A stretch of 63,954 nt of DNA, the filler included, from Reticulomyxa filosa (Eukaryota > Protista > Foraminifera), in assembly GCA_000512085.1 (NCBI GenBank). It is 17 parts of 17 records of this genome, joined end to end, with 100 filler letters (N's around TTAATTAATTAA, not from the genome) between each part and the next. Parts side by side here need not be neighbours in the genome. Positions count along the whole stretch, not along the records: positions 37,023 to 39,708 come from ASPP01027637.1; positions 39,809 to 40,912 come from ASPP01029452.1; positions 41,013 to 44,289 come from ASPP01025769.1; positions 44,390 to 46,391 come from ASPP01022599.1; positions 46,492 to 49,194 come from ASPP01012716.1; positions 49,295 to 51,625 come from ASPP01004430.1; 11 more parts are not named here. One strand, written 5' to 3'. The notes beneath the pieces are model-generated. The model searched no databases. It saw nothing but the letters and a program-made list of their open reading frames with translations, and was not told the DNA's origin. Each line of letters opens with the position of its first letter. Within the stretch, counting starts at the first letter, position 1. Below, in pieces: positions 36,923 through 50,599 of the stretch. Both the position numbers and the translations under genes were made by a program.

Positions 36923-38199
36923 NNNNNNNNNNNNNNNNNNNNNNNNNNNNNNNNNNNNNNNNNNNNTTAATTAATTAANNNNNNNNNNNNNNNNNNNNNN
37001 NNNNNNNNNNNNNNNNNNNNNNAAAAAAAAAAAAAAAAAAAAAAAAAAATGATGATAATAAAATAAATAAACACATTTTGTAATTTGCGTTTGTTGTTGA
37101 TTGCACAGTTGGAATGGAAATGTTTGGACGTGTACTTGCCCTTAAGTGCATATTGTTTCCCTGATTGCTCACAGGCGAGATATCTTGACATTAAACCAAA
37201 ATTTGACAAATAATTGGCATAATTTTACTACATATTGTCTTCCATATTTCCTTCGGCAGGTGAAATTGGCCCTGCACACCCCCCCCCCTTTTTTTTTCTT
37301 TTGAAAATTTTATGTTTTGGATATCTTTATGTTTTTGGCTTTCCTTTGTCCCATTATACAAGCGTCTCTCATTAACGTGTTCAACAGTTTTACGAATCCT
37401 CTTTTCGGCTAACACTTTGTTAACCTTAAGTAGTTTGAAAAGAAAATTGCACAGTAAGTGTTTGTACTCCTTCTGAGCCGGCATGAAGTCAAAATTTAAC
37501 GCAAAATGACCAGCAAAGATACTTTAAAATGGAAAAGAAAATCACGTTTTCTCTTTGCAAGTATTTTTCACGCATGACAGATTGAACTTTTTTTTGAAAG
37601 ACTGGCCCTTGTGACAACCTGAGTACCGCAACAGATAAGAACATTTTTATCTCGGTCGAATATTGACTTTCAATGTCAAAGGTTTTAGTATCAAAAAGAA
37701 TTTTTAATGAAGAATTTTTCATTGTTGAGATAGTGGCTCTATTCTAATGGTGTGCAAGACACATTCTTTGTTAATAACGACTTGTAATGTTCGTTCAATG
37801 ATTTACTTGCTCCCTTTTTCGTTATCATGATGACAAAAAACCCATCATTCTTGATTATAAAAATATTGTTCCAAAATAACTTTGAATATGATATTATTTA
37901 TTGTTTATACAAATCCAACATTTCTTTCGATATTAATTGGCAAAAATGATAATACAAAAACCAAAAATAATTTTTTTTTTGTTGTGACAGCCTTGAACAC
38001 TGATTTTCTTGTTTAATGCACTGTCAAATTAAAAAAATTGAAATTATAATTGAAAAACGTTTGGTTTCTTTTAAGTTCTCTATTGTTTGGTATGATCATT
38101 CAAAGATAGCAAACATTTTTTGAAAAATTTCTTTTCACAACTTTTTGTTTTGTCCATCTTAAACTACTCTCTTTTAATTCGTGGAGAATAAAAATGCTT

Positions 38200-39140
38200 T
38201 GAAAATGAAATCAAGATAATAGAAATATCAACTAGTGTCGAAGCGACTGGCTCCGGGGGACCTGAACTTGGACCCAGAACAGGGCCTGAAATAAAAGTTC
38301 GAAGATGAAAAAAAGAAGAAACAGAAATTACAAACATAGTAATAGTGATAGGAACAAGAACGGAACAAAGAACATGTTCGGAACAAGACATTGCATCCGA
38401 AAAGAAATTAGAGGAGATAACCGACGTTGGAAACAAAAGCAAAGGGGAAAGCGAATAACGAGGACAAGGCAATGGTGGTAGAAGCACCGAGCCGAACAGA
38501 TACGTCGGTGCAGCAGCTGTCCAGTCACCCACGCAAGAAGTGCAAAATCCAGCTGCAGTCATTGAAGAATAGCGCAATGGAACTATTGAAAATGAAGACC
38601 AATGCGAAAATGGAACTAGATGAAACAGCAACATCAGTAATAATATGATCGATAATTGTCACATCAACGGATCGGTAGAAACACAACCAATGGACAAATG
38701 CGACCCAGTCAACCGAAGCATGATGTCAACCGAAGCATGATGTCAACCGACAATACACAATATCCACGACCCAGCAAATACTTGCACGAATCTTGGGTCT
38801 GCTGACAATGATTGTAATAACAAAAACAATAATAATAATAATAACAATAGCAACAATGGCAATGGACCACAAGAAAAGAATGTTCCGTGCATTGACTTAA
38901 TTGGAACCGATTAACAATAGCAACAGCTGTAGCAACACAATGAATACTAACACAGCAACAAGTTTATCCATAAAACGAATTGCGCTCGGACCGATTGTTA
39001 TTATGATTACAAAAAATTGGTGCGAACAAATGACTTACTCGTGGATGCTACACCACAATACAAAAATGCAAACAGCAACAACGTGATTAATCTAAAAAAT
39101 CGATCTATTATCCACAAACTCAATAATTTGAAAAAAAAGT
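38200..39140 (+). pseudogene. Decayed hydrophilic, Asn-rich coding relic
   Basis: Long frame with scattered stops (VEATGSGGPELGPRTGPE...NNNNNNSNNGNGPQEK). Confidence 0.35.
38708..38750 (+). repeat. 17-bp tandem repeat, about 2.5 copies
   Basis: GTCAACCGAAGCATGAT x2 plus GTCAACCGA. Confidence 0.85.
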
Positions 39141-39578
39141 AGTCTCAAATGTTGAAAGACAGTAACAGCATACCAAAACATTAACTCAAAGTATGTTTAA
39201 AATAATTTTTTTATTTTATTTTATTGTTAATGGCGGGATGGGACCCGAACCAACATATAAGCTAATTTCGATATGTCGTTGTCGCATTGAACGGACACTC
39301 ACATAAGTAAATATCTGTATTCCATTGTGTAGGCAAGAATGCATATGGCCATGCGACTTGGCGCATATACACACAAGACGCACCACAACACACTGGTCAG
39401 CCTAGCAACCCTTTTGAAGTTGCACCACCTCCAAAAAGTTCATAAGAACTTCCCAAAGTTGCTGGCCCTAATGCTGACAAGTACCATCAAGTACAGCGGG
39501 CTCTACACATTAAGCTAAAGCAGCATCATTCTTGTATGACTTGACATTTTTCCCCACCCACTCATACTCACATAAATA

Positions 39579-39708
39579 CAGTAAGATAAAAAAGAAAGTT
39601 GACACCTAAAATGCCACTTTATAGAGATGATTGTGTTTCTCCATGAAAAAACAACATTTAATCAAAATTTTTTTTAAAAAAATATCTACGAATCGTGTAG
39701 TTTTTAAA
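39579..39708. mobile_element. MITE terminus (opposite orientation)
   Basis: TA-CAGTAAGATAAAAAGAAAGTTGACACCTAAAATGCCAC...CTCCATGAAAAAACAACATTT; runs into contig end. Confidence 0.75.
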
Positions 39709-41389
39709 NNNNNNNNNNNNNNNNNNNNNNNNNNNNNNNNNNNNNNNNNNNNTTAATTAATTAANNNNNNNNNNNNNNNNNNNNNNNNNNNNNNNNNNNN
39801 NNNNNNNNACCATATTTGAGGCAAAAAATCGACATTGTCGTCTGAGATTTGATACAAATGAGTCAATAGATATTTGCGAACTTCCTATTTCGACAATCAA
39901 ATGTCACGTGTATCCCAAGATTGATTCTAATTACTACAAGAAAATTTTGCTTTCTTTTTTTTTGCTTATTGTTGTCTTCAAACAAACACACGAAAGAAAT
40001 ACACACCACATGTTTGGCAGTATCCAAATGCTCGAATATCACCCAAGAGTCTAAGACCTGGTCATTATTGGACTTTAATGCCATCTCCAATTATTATTAG
40101 TGCCAAAGAAAAACTGTCCTTTTTTTCTGTGCGTACGTTTGTGAGCGTCGCGTTCCACAGCAACACTACGTTTTTTTTTCAAACAAAAACTGTATATAAT
40201 GCTTTCATAAAATAAAAGTTCTTGTGTGACTTCAACACTTTATTTGTTGTCACAACATTATTTAATCAAAATATAAACAAAAAAACGAAATGAAAACATT
40301 TCCAAACGTTTGCAACATCAACAAAAAAGCAGAAAGGGATATCATCAACATTAATGAAATCATAGAAAAACTGATACTAGGCCTTATAGCCATCTCATAT
40401 GCACTACTTGCGTTCTAAATCGAACTTATGTGTTTGTATTTCAAATCAGCTGTAAGTGCCTTTCTTGTGAACGAAAAAAAAAAGGGTCTTGGGTTTTTGT
40501 CCCTTTTTTAAAATGTCCCAAGCGCCGTGGGTTACCCTACGCGGACTCATGGACATGGAAGAGTAGATGATCTATTTGGAAAGGTGGAATAGTCTTATGG
40601 TGATGGATTTTTGGTGATACCGACCTTAATTTTATTCACTTTATGAAAATCCAAAAAAAAAAAAAAAAAAGCGTTATTTTGAAAAACTCTTTTCATAAAA
40701 TTAAATATCTAAATATAAACTTCTTTTTAGTTCTAAGTGCATCTATCTGAGCCCCTTTTTGAAAAATAAATTAAAGATAGACAATAACTTGAGAAATTTT
40801 ATAACATTCATTTTGAGAAAAAGAGACAACTAAACTGTGAAAAAAAACTAACAAAAATGGTCCAAATTTTTAGTTTATTTTTAAAAAAGAAACCTTTTCA
40901 TTATAAAAAAAANNNNNNNNNNNNNNNNNNNNNNNNNNNNNNNNNNNNNNNNNNNNTTAATTAATTAANNNNNNNNNNNNNNNNNNNNNNNNNNNNNNNN
41001 NNNNNNNNNNNNTAATAATAAAATATATTCGTAACATTTATTTCATTTATTTTTTTGAAAAATAATATAATTTTCATTTTGTCCTTTCTTTCTTATTTCA
41101 TTTGCATTCTATTTCAAAAAGACATAAATTATATTTATTAATTTATTAATGAAAATCAATTTTCATTTTCCATTTACAAAGCAATGCTCAACGTTGATAT
41201 CTTTTTTTCACTTTGTTTTGTGTTGTTTCGCCATTCTCTTTTTTTATTTATTATTTTGTCCATTTCATTTTCCTTTTTTTTGTCTTCTTCTTCTTCCACT
41301 TTCAATTCAATTCCTTTTTTCATTTCTTCATCACTTAACCAATCCACTCACTTCAATTTTTCATGTGTATTGACATGCTTTGTTTGGCA

Positions 41390-42358
41390 TTAAATCCTCC
41401 AATAATATGTACATACGTGTTGTCTTCACTCAATATCGCAACACAATAATACAATGGACTAGATAAAGCGTTTTGAAATGTCATTCATTTGTTTTCTTCG
41501 AATTGAATACTTGCCGCACTGATTTTGAAACAACATCAGTGCCATATCTATCACTCCATCCATCAAAGAACAAGATGACATCATTGATACACACATACAT
41601 GCATATTTATGTAATGGTGTAGTATCATCACAAAACAGCTAATTTTATGAAATTGAAAAGTGTTTTTTATCTTCATCATATTCAATTGATAATCCTGTCT
41701 TTTCACAAAACAACAACATTTGATAATGTTGTCTATTTTATTCTTCATTTGTTTTTCCATCAATTTTTTGTCCTTGTCCATTTTCTGAAGTTGATACAAA
41801 GCAATGAAAATTGAATATCATTACTAGTTGGTAAAAAATGTCATGTTTAACAAATTGAAATGTATTTAAATCAAACACAAATATAATTTGGATAAGTGAT
41901 AAATAACAAATGATTGTTTCTTCCACCAATCACTGCACGTACTCCTTCATGATAATGATATTTATCTCTTTCAATGATAATTGGATGATTGTGTTTATCT
42001 GTGAAAGGAATCCATTCATTGAAATTGTTTGAGTCATTTGATTTGTTTGATATATTATCCCAAACACTTATATATTTCATCGCCAATGTATGTTTAGGAT
42101 ATCCACCAAAAGATAACAACATGATTTAATTGTTGTTTTTGCTATTGTTATCTACTAATTTCACTACACAGTGCTCATTTAATTCAACATCGCTTAGATA
42201 CTTACAGATAAACTTGTATTCGTTTTTGAGTGTATGATAAGAATAACAAGTACCTCCATAAAGGAGGAGTTCGTGTTTGTGTAGCACACATTGAGATTCA
42301 GAAAGTGAAGTGGGTAAATCCTTCACTATTTGAAAAAAGTAGTATTTTGATTACCCAT
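41390..42358 (-). pseudogene. Kelch-like family pseudogene with MGNQ start
   Basis: SQCVLHKHELLLYGG, EHCVVKL, LLSFGG, EGVRAVIGG, FDLNTFQFVKHD; many frameshifts. Confidence 0.8.
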
Positions 42359-44069
42359 GTTGTTAATGTTTCTGAAGTTTTTTAAGACCTTTTTAAAAAA
42401 TAAAAAGGTATTTTACATGGATATTTCTTACTTGGTTAATGAAATAGAAAAAATTGTACATAATTGAATAAAATAACTAATCGATCACATCTCTTTGAAA
42501 CACGAATAACGACAAAATATTCAATTATTGTATCGATACTATTCTACAAACTGTTCAACGTAGCTGTTGCAAATATTCGAAACATAAACGCATTATTTGC
42601 AATTTGATTGCAAAGACAGAAAAATAATGCGCTTAGTTTTTGCTGTTTGTTAATGAACAAAATCCAAGTCTTTTGGAAATGCAGAATACACAGAGTCTGT
42701 GATTACTTTAAATCATTTATTATTCATCTTAGAATAATTTCACCAAAAGTAACAATATATACTTAGATTTAAATATTTATCCACAATAGATTGATCAAGA
42801 ATGCATTTGGACACATATTTAAAATAAATAATAATGGAAAGTATCCAATTGAACAACATAATTTTTTAAATAATTTTTAAATTATTAAATCAATTTTTAC
42901 TCCAGACAAACAGTTTTTGTTTTTATATTTTGCAATTCTTCCTGATTTTGTCAGCTATTATTTTTTTAAATAAATAACTGTATTATAATAACAGAAACAA
43001 AATTATGAATAAATTAAATAGAAAATGAGATTAGTTGTGTTCTAAAAGTGGTTTTTAATTGTTGATGATTGATAACATCTTGAAAAGTATTACTAGATAT
43101 TTTAAAGGGATTGTCATAATAATTGTGTTTATCAATTTTTTTCTAGTCTTGTTATGTTCACACTGCTTTTTTTCGAGAAAAACAAGGTTTTGTGAAACAT
43201 TCTTTTGTTTAATTTGTAGTGAATAGTTAGATGAAACAAAAAAAAAACCTTTGAAGGGGAACAGAGAACTTTTTTTCGAAACCTCTTTCTCTTTGAAAAA
43301 GATTGCAACGATGCTTTGTATAAATTTATAAAGACTTTTTTATTTTCAAAAAATTATCGTTGCATTAAAAAGAATTACAATAATATAAAGGATAAAAAGA
43401 ATTCATTTAAATTTGCTATCTTAAAAAAAGGTGAAAGAAAATTCTATGTAATTTATCCCACTTTTTTTTTTTTTTTGGAGAGATTACATTTCTTACTTAG
43501 TTCAATTTTGATTTCTTTATTTCAAAAAAAAATAAATATCATCAGTTTGATAATAAAGTGATTTTTATGCTCAAGTGCTGGTTGTTTTTTTAAAGAAATC
43601 GTTAATGTTAAAATGATACAATAATTTTTCTTTTTGTTATTGAAACGGTCATGTTTTGTTTGAAAGAAAATGAAATCAATTCATCAGTAAGCATTTTTTT
43701 TTTTGCGAGATTACCGAAATATGGAAAATCGAAACACTCAATAGGTTTTTCCTTGTGAACTCAAGCAAAAATGATTTTTTTTGAATAACCAAATTTCTTC
43801 ATAGTATTAAATATATTCTGCACTTTCAAAAAAAATCTTGTTGACTGTAATCATTACATTGTGTAATACAATCAATATTTCAATTTTTTTATTTTTCTCA
43901 GTCAGGCCACTTCAAAAAAGTTTGGATTCTTTTTTACTTCAAAGAAGGATATTTTTCATACTTCCACTCCTTTAAAAAATCTCAAATACTTCATAGTTTC
44001 TCAACATCAACAACCAAACCTTCCAAACTTTGAAGAAGTTTCTCACTCCACTAAGAGATTCTCAATGTT

Positions 44070-44180
44070 TAGAGCCTCCAAAAACGAAGAGTTCATGTTT
44101 GTCTAGCACATTGAGAATCTATTTATGGCTGTGGTATTATATAACAATATTGAAAATAAGAAAGTAAATTACTCAATGAG
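44070..44180 (-). pseudogene. Short Kelch-family N-terminal remnant
   Basis: SQC/LDKHELFVFGGS with a frameshift; matches the family start SQCVLHKHELLLYGG. Confidence 0.5.
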
Positions 44181-44439
44181 TTTTGATTACAATTTGGTGC
44201 AATAATTCTTTTTTTTTCCTAATATACACAATTTATTGGCTGTTATTTTATCTTCTTTTTTATATTAATAAAATCTATTCCATATCTAANNNNNNNNNNN
44301 NNNNNNNNNNNNNNNNNNNNNNNNNNNNNNNNNTTAATTAATTAANNNNNNNNNNNNNNNNNNNNNNNNNNNNNNNNNNNNNNNNNNNNAAAAAGGGGGG
44401 AATGATGAACTTATTACCGCTTCCCCTCCCCCCCCCCCA

Positions 44440-44867
44440 AAAAAAAAAATGTGCCATTTGTTCGGACCTAAGTGGTGGAAAAAATCAATTTGTGTCTGCG
44501 GAACGCTGTCCATGATCATCACGTGATGCTCGAATGGCGAATTTGTGCGAAGTAGCGCGCCGTGGATAGCCAGTATTCCATACAAATAATCAAATGAACC
44601 ATCCGTCAACTGTATATACGCGTGGCGACATGTTTTCGGTTTTTCGGACTGTGCTTTTTCTGCTGCTTCGATGATTGAACTTACGAAGAATAGTTCATTG
44701 TTTGCGTTTTGTGATGAGGGCGACAGTGTGTTATTTGTTGACAGCGTGTTGGTGTACAATATTAAAGTCAAACAAATTTCCAAAGATACGAAGAGAATAC
44801 ACAAATAATAAACCAATTCTTGAAACCAACTCCGATTGGGATTGCCACTTGATGTTCCAACTTTCAT
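44440..44867 (-). CDS. Glycosyltransferase family 8 (glycogenin-like) type II membrane protein, 5' exon
   Basis: N-terminal TM, stem, then HAYIQLTDGSFDYLYGILAIHGALLRTNS (GT8 AYVTL..Y..GA..L..SL pattern); truncated. Confidence 0.7.
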
Positions 44868-45459
44868 TGGATGTGAAGAAGTCTTTGTTTAACTTTAGAA
44901 TGCAGATTTTCATCCTTTAGCCCTCTTGAGAACATCCAAATGATATGCGCAATATTGAAAATTAAAAAATTATTACAATCTTAAAAAAACTCAGTTTAAA
45001 CGACGTAGGGTTTCCCAATATCGTAATTCAATATTAATAAAAGATTAAGCACAAAATAGTAAAAAAAATAAGACAACGCCTTTTTGACTTAGTTCCGAGA
45101 CGCCAGGGGAAAGCTTTTGAAACAGTAATTGAAAAGGTTAACTTGCTATGGGAAAAACAAGATTTTATAGTATTTCTTAACTTATTATAGGGAAATATAA
45201 TATTTTTTGTATATTTCTTAGACGAAAAAAAAATCAAGTTGTTAAAATAAACTAAAAACGGAGTGGCAAAAACATTGTTCTAAAAATGCCATTTGAGTGT
45301 TTTTTCGCTTCGTCCCAAAAAAAAAAAAAGAAATTATATATGGTTATTAAAACGGAAAAAAAAGATAAGTACAATACAACACAGACAAATGCTGTTTTTT
45401 ATTGAAAGGAAAAAAAAAACTTTCCCCAAAATGAGGATGCGAGGGATTAAAATATGATT

Positions 45460-46365
45460 TTAAAAAACACTAAATCTTCGTTTGTTTTTGTGTTTAAGCA
45501 AAACGAAAATTTTGTCTCGTAAAGCTTGCATATCCACTTGTATTCTCCATATGTCGTTTTCAGCAATTTTGGTACTTCTAGTGTTGACGACTTCGTATTG
45601 TAGTTCCTCAATCCGCTCTTCTAGCTCTGACATTATCTGATTGATTGACTCACTTTCATGCGATTTCTTGGGCAATGTGGTAAATAAATAAAGAAACGAA
45701 TTTTATGTTATATCGATAATAATAAATAAATGAACAAATATATATATATATATATTAATGTGTACATATATATATATATATATAATTTATAATTGTTATA
45801 ATTATAATAACAAAACAATGTATGTGTGTGTATTTTAAAGAGAAATCCAATTACCTGAATAATTTCATTTCGTGCTAACTTTTTCATTTGTTTGAAAAGA
45901 AGTGCGAAGGGTTTTTAGATTATCAATTAACCGCTGATAAAGGACGGGATCTACTTGTTTCAGTTTTATTTCATGACCTCTCAAAAATTTGCCACTACGT
46001 GGTGGCACCAATACAAAGGCCCGAAGCACACACAAAAGTGACATGTACGTATACAGACAGCAGATATTAAGACGACAGCAACCAACCTGTGCTTTCGAGA
46101 TTGTGGTCTGTTTCTGTCTTTAAAATCTACACTCACGGTCAGCGATTGCAGTTTGGACAGATCCTCACCACGACAGACTTTTTCATGCAAAGCGCGCAGC
46201 GCCTCGATCCACATGTGCATTTCGCTGACGGACTTGGCGACCAAATTCAGGGACCGCGTGTGTCCATTGTACCACAATGTGAAAGATGCGGGTCCCAATA
46301 CGTCCCACGCAATGCGTTGAAACTCTTTCGTATGCTGTCCAATCGATATTTCGTCGATATCTAAC
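45460..46365 (-). CDS. PH-domain protein (PLC-type PH) with C-terminal coiled coil; 3 exons visible, 5' truncated
   Basis: IDEISIGQHTKEFQR..SFTLWY..RSLNLVAKSVSEMHMWIEALRAL; GT-AG introns; one probable homopolymer frameshift near 45895. Confidence 0.7.
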
Positions 46366-46552
46366 AAACCAGTCCATTTTTTTTTTTTTTTNNNNNNNNN
46401 NNNNNNNNNNNNNNNNNNNNNNNNNNNNNNNNNNNTTAATTAATTAANNNNNNNNNNNNNNNNNNNNNNNNNNNNNNNNNNNNNNNNNNNNAAAAAAAAA
46501 AAAAAAAAAAAAAAAAAAAGACGAAGAAGAAAAAAAAGAGATAAATTCATCG

Positions 46553-47563
46553 ATGAAAATAGAAACTTTGGATTTAAAGACACACTGGAATAAATATTGG
46601 CGACACTTGAATGCGACAGCAGCACAATGTGTAATGGAGATGCTTGACAATAATGAGCAGGGATTGATTGTTGTGGCTAACAATACTAATTCATGGAAAA
46701 CAGCAATAAGTAGATCCTCCATTACAATGGATGATAATGATGATGCATTTTCATTTCGTGTATTAATAAATGATGAACACATAGAAATAGAAGAAATGGG
46801 GTTATATTGTTTATATGTGATAAAGAGTAAGATCATAATATTGAATGAAATAACTATTGATGGAAATGTATATGTTGTCAATTGTGAAATTCGATGTAAA
46901 GGGAATAATGTGAATATTACGACACAATTGTATGTAACAAATCATGCCATTATCTCTCAATCGTTGATACAATCCATGTCACCTATTCAATGGAATGCCA
47001 AAATGCATCATGATATTTTAGTGCAAATGCAACATTTTCAAGATAAAGTAGGCAATTATGCGAATGACCAATATGAAGATGCCGTGAGCTGTTTAAATGA
47101 AGCTCTACAATTTGCCATGGATAACTTTGGAGTGAGTCATCCATTGATTGGTCTTTTTTATTGCTTCATTGGGGTTTTCTACAGAAATGCATCACGATAT
47201 GATGAGGCAATAGCTTATTTTGAAACAGCGTTGCATTTCTTTTTAAACATATTTGGTAACATTCATTTACACATTGGCAATACTTTGTACAATTTAGGTA
47301 GTCTCTTTTTTGATAAGGCAGATTACGATACAGCAATTGAATGCTATGAATATTCATTAAAAATAAGAAAATATATTTTGAAAATTAATGATATATATAT
47401 TGGCAATTGCTGCTGGGAATTGGGGGTATCATTTGAACAAAAAGGGAATTTACACAAAGCACGCCAATATTATGAAGAATCATGGAAAACATATAGTATT
47501 GTACATGGGGAATGGCATTACGACACTTTACAGGCAAAAGTAGGCCTAAGAGAATCTGTGTAA
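46553..47563 (+). CDS. TPR-repeat protein (kinesin-light-chain-like ~42-aa TPRs), probably 5' incomplete
   Basis: YDEAIAYFETAL, TLYNLGSLFFDKADYDTAIECYEYSLKIR, CWELGVSFEQKGNLHKARQYYEES. Confidence 0.85.
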   Translation: MKIETLDLKTHWNKYWRHLNATAAQCVMEMLDNNEQGLIVVANNTNSWKTAISRSSITMDDNDDAFSFRVLINDEHIEIEEMGLYCLYVIKSKIIILNEITIDGNVYVVNCEIRCKGNNVNITTQLYVTNHAIISQSLIQSMSPIQWNAKMHHDILVQMQHFQDKVGNYANDQYEDAVSCLNEALQFAMDNFGVSHPLIGLFYCFIGVFYRNASRYDEAIAYFETALHFFLNIFGNIHLHIGNTLYNLGSLFFDKADYDTAIECYEYSLKIRKYILKINDIYIGNCCWELGVSFEQKGNLHKARQYYEESWKTYSIVHGEWHYDTLQAKVGLRESV

Positions 47564-48757
47564 GACAAAGAGAAAAGAGATAGCATGTCTTTATTGATAA
47601 TAAAATTGAAAGAATACGCAATTTAACATATTACCTTTCTTCTTTGCATAGCTGTTGTCTTTCTTTTTCAAAACAAAAAATTTAGTGCAATATCGTCTAG
47701 TTTTCGAAATTTTTTTATAACTTTTTAAAAATTTGACAAACATTGTTCCTTTATTAAAATTGGTTATCTCTATAAAATGGTATTTTAGGTTAACTTTTTT
47801 AATTCTACTTTATTTTTTCAATGAAATATCTCAAATACTGTAAGAATTAACAAAATAATTTCCACCAAAAAATAAAACTGTTGACACAAATGAGTGAATA
47901 AAGAAAAAATAGTTACTTTTTTTGAATAAAAAATACAATGACAAACCAGTGCTGAAAGATTATTTAAAAGTGTCATACAATTGATTTTACGCAAAAATTG
48001 TTAGAAATTTTTATTAGTTTGTTCGAAACATTTGTGGTGGCCTGTATTTGGTTGAACAGGATGCAGTACGAGGCTATGTGTAGTGATTAATAATGACTCC
48101 AAATATTTATTTTTCTTAATTTACAACTTTATTTATTTTCCAGCTCGATTTTGCACAATCTCCATATAAGAGCCCTGTTTTGTCACTCTACAAAGATAAA
48201 AAACTTAGATTTATACAACAGTCTGTATTTAGTACTTTACGAAATAAATTTTTCTCGAATCGTGTTTAATTGATAAATTTTTTCCACTGTCCGATTTTGC
48301 AAAAGGTGTTCCAGATAGCATAGTCTTTTGTTACTTTTAAATTATTTTGAAAAGTGTAATGGACTTTCAAGAAAATTAATTGCTCACTAAAAAAAAAAAT
48401 ACGTGTAAATTCCATTCCATGTTTGTATTTGTGTGTGCGTTTTTTTATCTGTAGCTGAAAAGGACTTGCGAGTTGTGTCAGCAGCCTTTCTAATTCTAAT
48501 GTTCGTTGGAGCATTACCTAACTCCATCCAAAAAAAAAGTATCTAACGAGTGAAAACTGATTAAAAGAAAAGATGTTTAAACTATTTATCATTGAACTGT
48601 TACTTTTTTTATTATATAAAAATTAAAAAGGGGGAATGCTAAGTTAAAACTAATTTATTTTTTTATAAAAAAGTTACCCCCCCCTTTTCTACCATAGACT
48701 TTCTCTACATTTGACTTTGAATTAAAAAAAAGTTATGTATCTATTCACTTTTTTTTT

Positions 48758-49135
48758 CTAGAGTTCAAGTTTCCCTTTGTTGGAAGGGAACCACGGGATC
48801 AGTTGATTAGTGGTGCTTCTCCACAGCCGGAACTCGGGCAAGTGTCCATATTTTCTGTTCCACTCACGTTGCAAAGGGGGTATCCCACTAACAAACCTGA
48901 GTAAGAACCAAGTGAACAAAGGTGACACGACAGTCAACCAGTGTTTCTGAGGCGTCAAGGGAAGCGACGCAATCCAAATGCCCGTCCACAGTCCAATTTC
49001 AGCAAAGTAATTGGGGAATTGGCAGTACCGATACAATCCGCTTTGGATGAACTTGTTCGCATTTTCGGGTTTGCTCTTGAACGTAAACTTCTGCCAATCC
49101 GCGATTATTTCCATTCCAAAAAATACGGCAAACAG
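48758..49135 (-). CDS. DUF1295 / steroid-5-alpha-reductase-like membrane protein, 3' exon
   Basis: EIIADWQKFTFK, FIQSGLYRYCQFPNYFAEIGLWTG, LLRFVSGIPPL, LIPWFP. Confidence 0.88.
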   Translation of the reverse strand: MFAVFFGMEIIADWQKFTFKSKPENANKFIQSGLYRYCQFPNYFAEIGLWTGIWIASLPLTPQKHWLTVVSPLFTWFLLRFVSGIPPLQREWNRKYGHLPEFRLWRSTTNQLIPWFPSNKGKLEL

Positions 49136-49151
49136 ACCAAATCCAACCCAA

Positions 49152-49185
<34 letters not shown>

Positions 49186-49294
49186 TTTTTTTTTNNNNNN
49201 NNNNNNNNNNNNNNNNNNNNNNNNNNNNNNNNNNNNNNTTAATTAATTAANNNNNNNNNNNNNNNNNNNNNNNNNNNNNNNNNNNNNNNNNNNN

Positions 49295-49521
49295 GGCCAT
49301 TATTTTGCTTATATCAAATGTGGACAACAATGGTTTGACTGCAACGACTCTAGTGTTACTCGAATTTCGGAGTCACAGGTATTATATGTAAATCTGTTTA
49401 CATTTCTTTTTTATAATAATTATTATTATTTGTTTGTTGTGAAATAAAGGTAACTGAAAATGGTCAAGGATATGTGTTTTTCTATCAAAGGAAAACATCG
49501 AGCTTGAATACAAGGAAATAG
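49295..49521 (+). CDS. Ubiquitin-specific protease (C19) C-terminus; exons 49295-49378 and 49450-49521 (absent from the ORF track)
   Basis: His box GHYFAYIK..QWFDCNDSSV, then |VTENGQGYVFFYQRK..*. Confidence 0.85.
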
Positions 49522-50559
49522 ATTTTAAATTTTTTACTTTGCATTTCTACGAAAGTTTCATAAAAAATAAAAAGCAATTTCAGCTCAAGTTTTTTTGCTC
49601 TTTTTCATGTATTTGAAAGGTTTAATTCAAAATATTTTCTTTTCATTACATAGTGACATTAATTCTCGCATTTAATGATAATAAATATTTGAATCAGGTA
49701 ATAAAACAATTCGTTTGCAGAGTCGAGATATCCAAATCATTGCACGTTTTTTGATGAACGTGAAGGTACTGTTTGGAAGTGCATAAAGATTAGATTACGA
49801 TTGTAAATATTGATATTAAGTGAGTGAAAAAACTTTGTTTGCTCGAATAAGGTGTTATCTGGATCAAATGATAAAAGTATTTGTTTGTGCATATCGATCA
49901 ACAAATTCAATCCAAAATGCACTTATGTATGTAATTTTTAGTTTTCCTTGCAAAGAAAAAAAAAAGTAATTTTCAACGACACTCACGACTTCTTTCACTT
50001 GCACAAAAGTAAAAATAATTACACGATAAACAAAAAAAAAAACGAAGTTCCCAACGTAAGACCAATTTTTACCCCTTTTAAAAAGCGAATTTTTAACAAA
50101 AATTCAATTTCTTTGACAAAATGCTGAAAATAAAAATTGAAGGCATGAAGGTTCCGACAGAAAAGCAATGCATAACACATCCACTCAAAAAAAAAAAAAC
50201 AAAGTGCAAACAATGACTCCAAAAAAAAAAACATGACTCCAATAGCCTTTTCCGTGCAATAAGCCATTAACACTGTCCGAGAAAATTTATGCTACGATAC
50301 CAGACTATTGCTATGTGTGGTTATATCAAAACATTGGACTTATTACACTAACAGGTGGGTGTGCTACGTTATTGAATTACGTAAAATGGTACCAGAAGCA
50401 AAAGGCAGACAAGTATAAACAGTTAAGCGAAAAGACGTAGAGGAATAGAACAACAAAAATAACTGCTAAATTTTTTTTGTATTTTTTGACAAACAACAGC
50501 AGAAAATGTTAAGTTGTGTTATGGAGTGGCATAAAAGGGAGGGAGGGGGAAAGAAAAGT

Positions 50560-50593
<34 letters not shown>

Positions 50594-50599
50594 AGACAA

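Noticed and set aside
39230-39300. tRNA T-arm/B-box or primer-binding-site-like TGGCGGGATGGGACCCGAACCA
   Set aside because: No matching acceptor 5' strand, D-arm or LTR is visible, and the T-stem pairing is imperfect
40475-40630. GC-richer island with short hairpins and an Sm-site-like ATTTTTGG (possible snRNA)
   Set aside because: No U1, U2, U4 or U5 signature motifs were found; the evidence is insufficient
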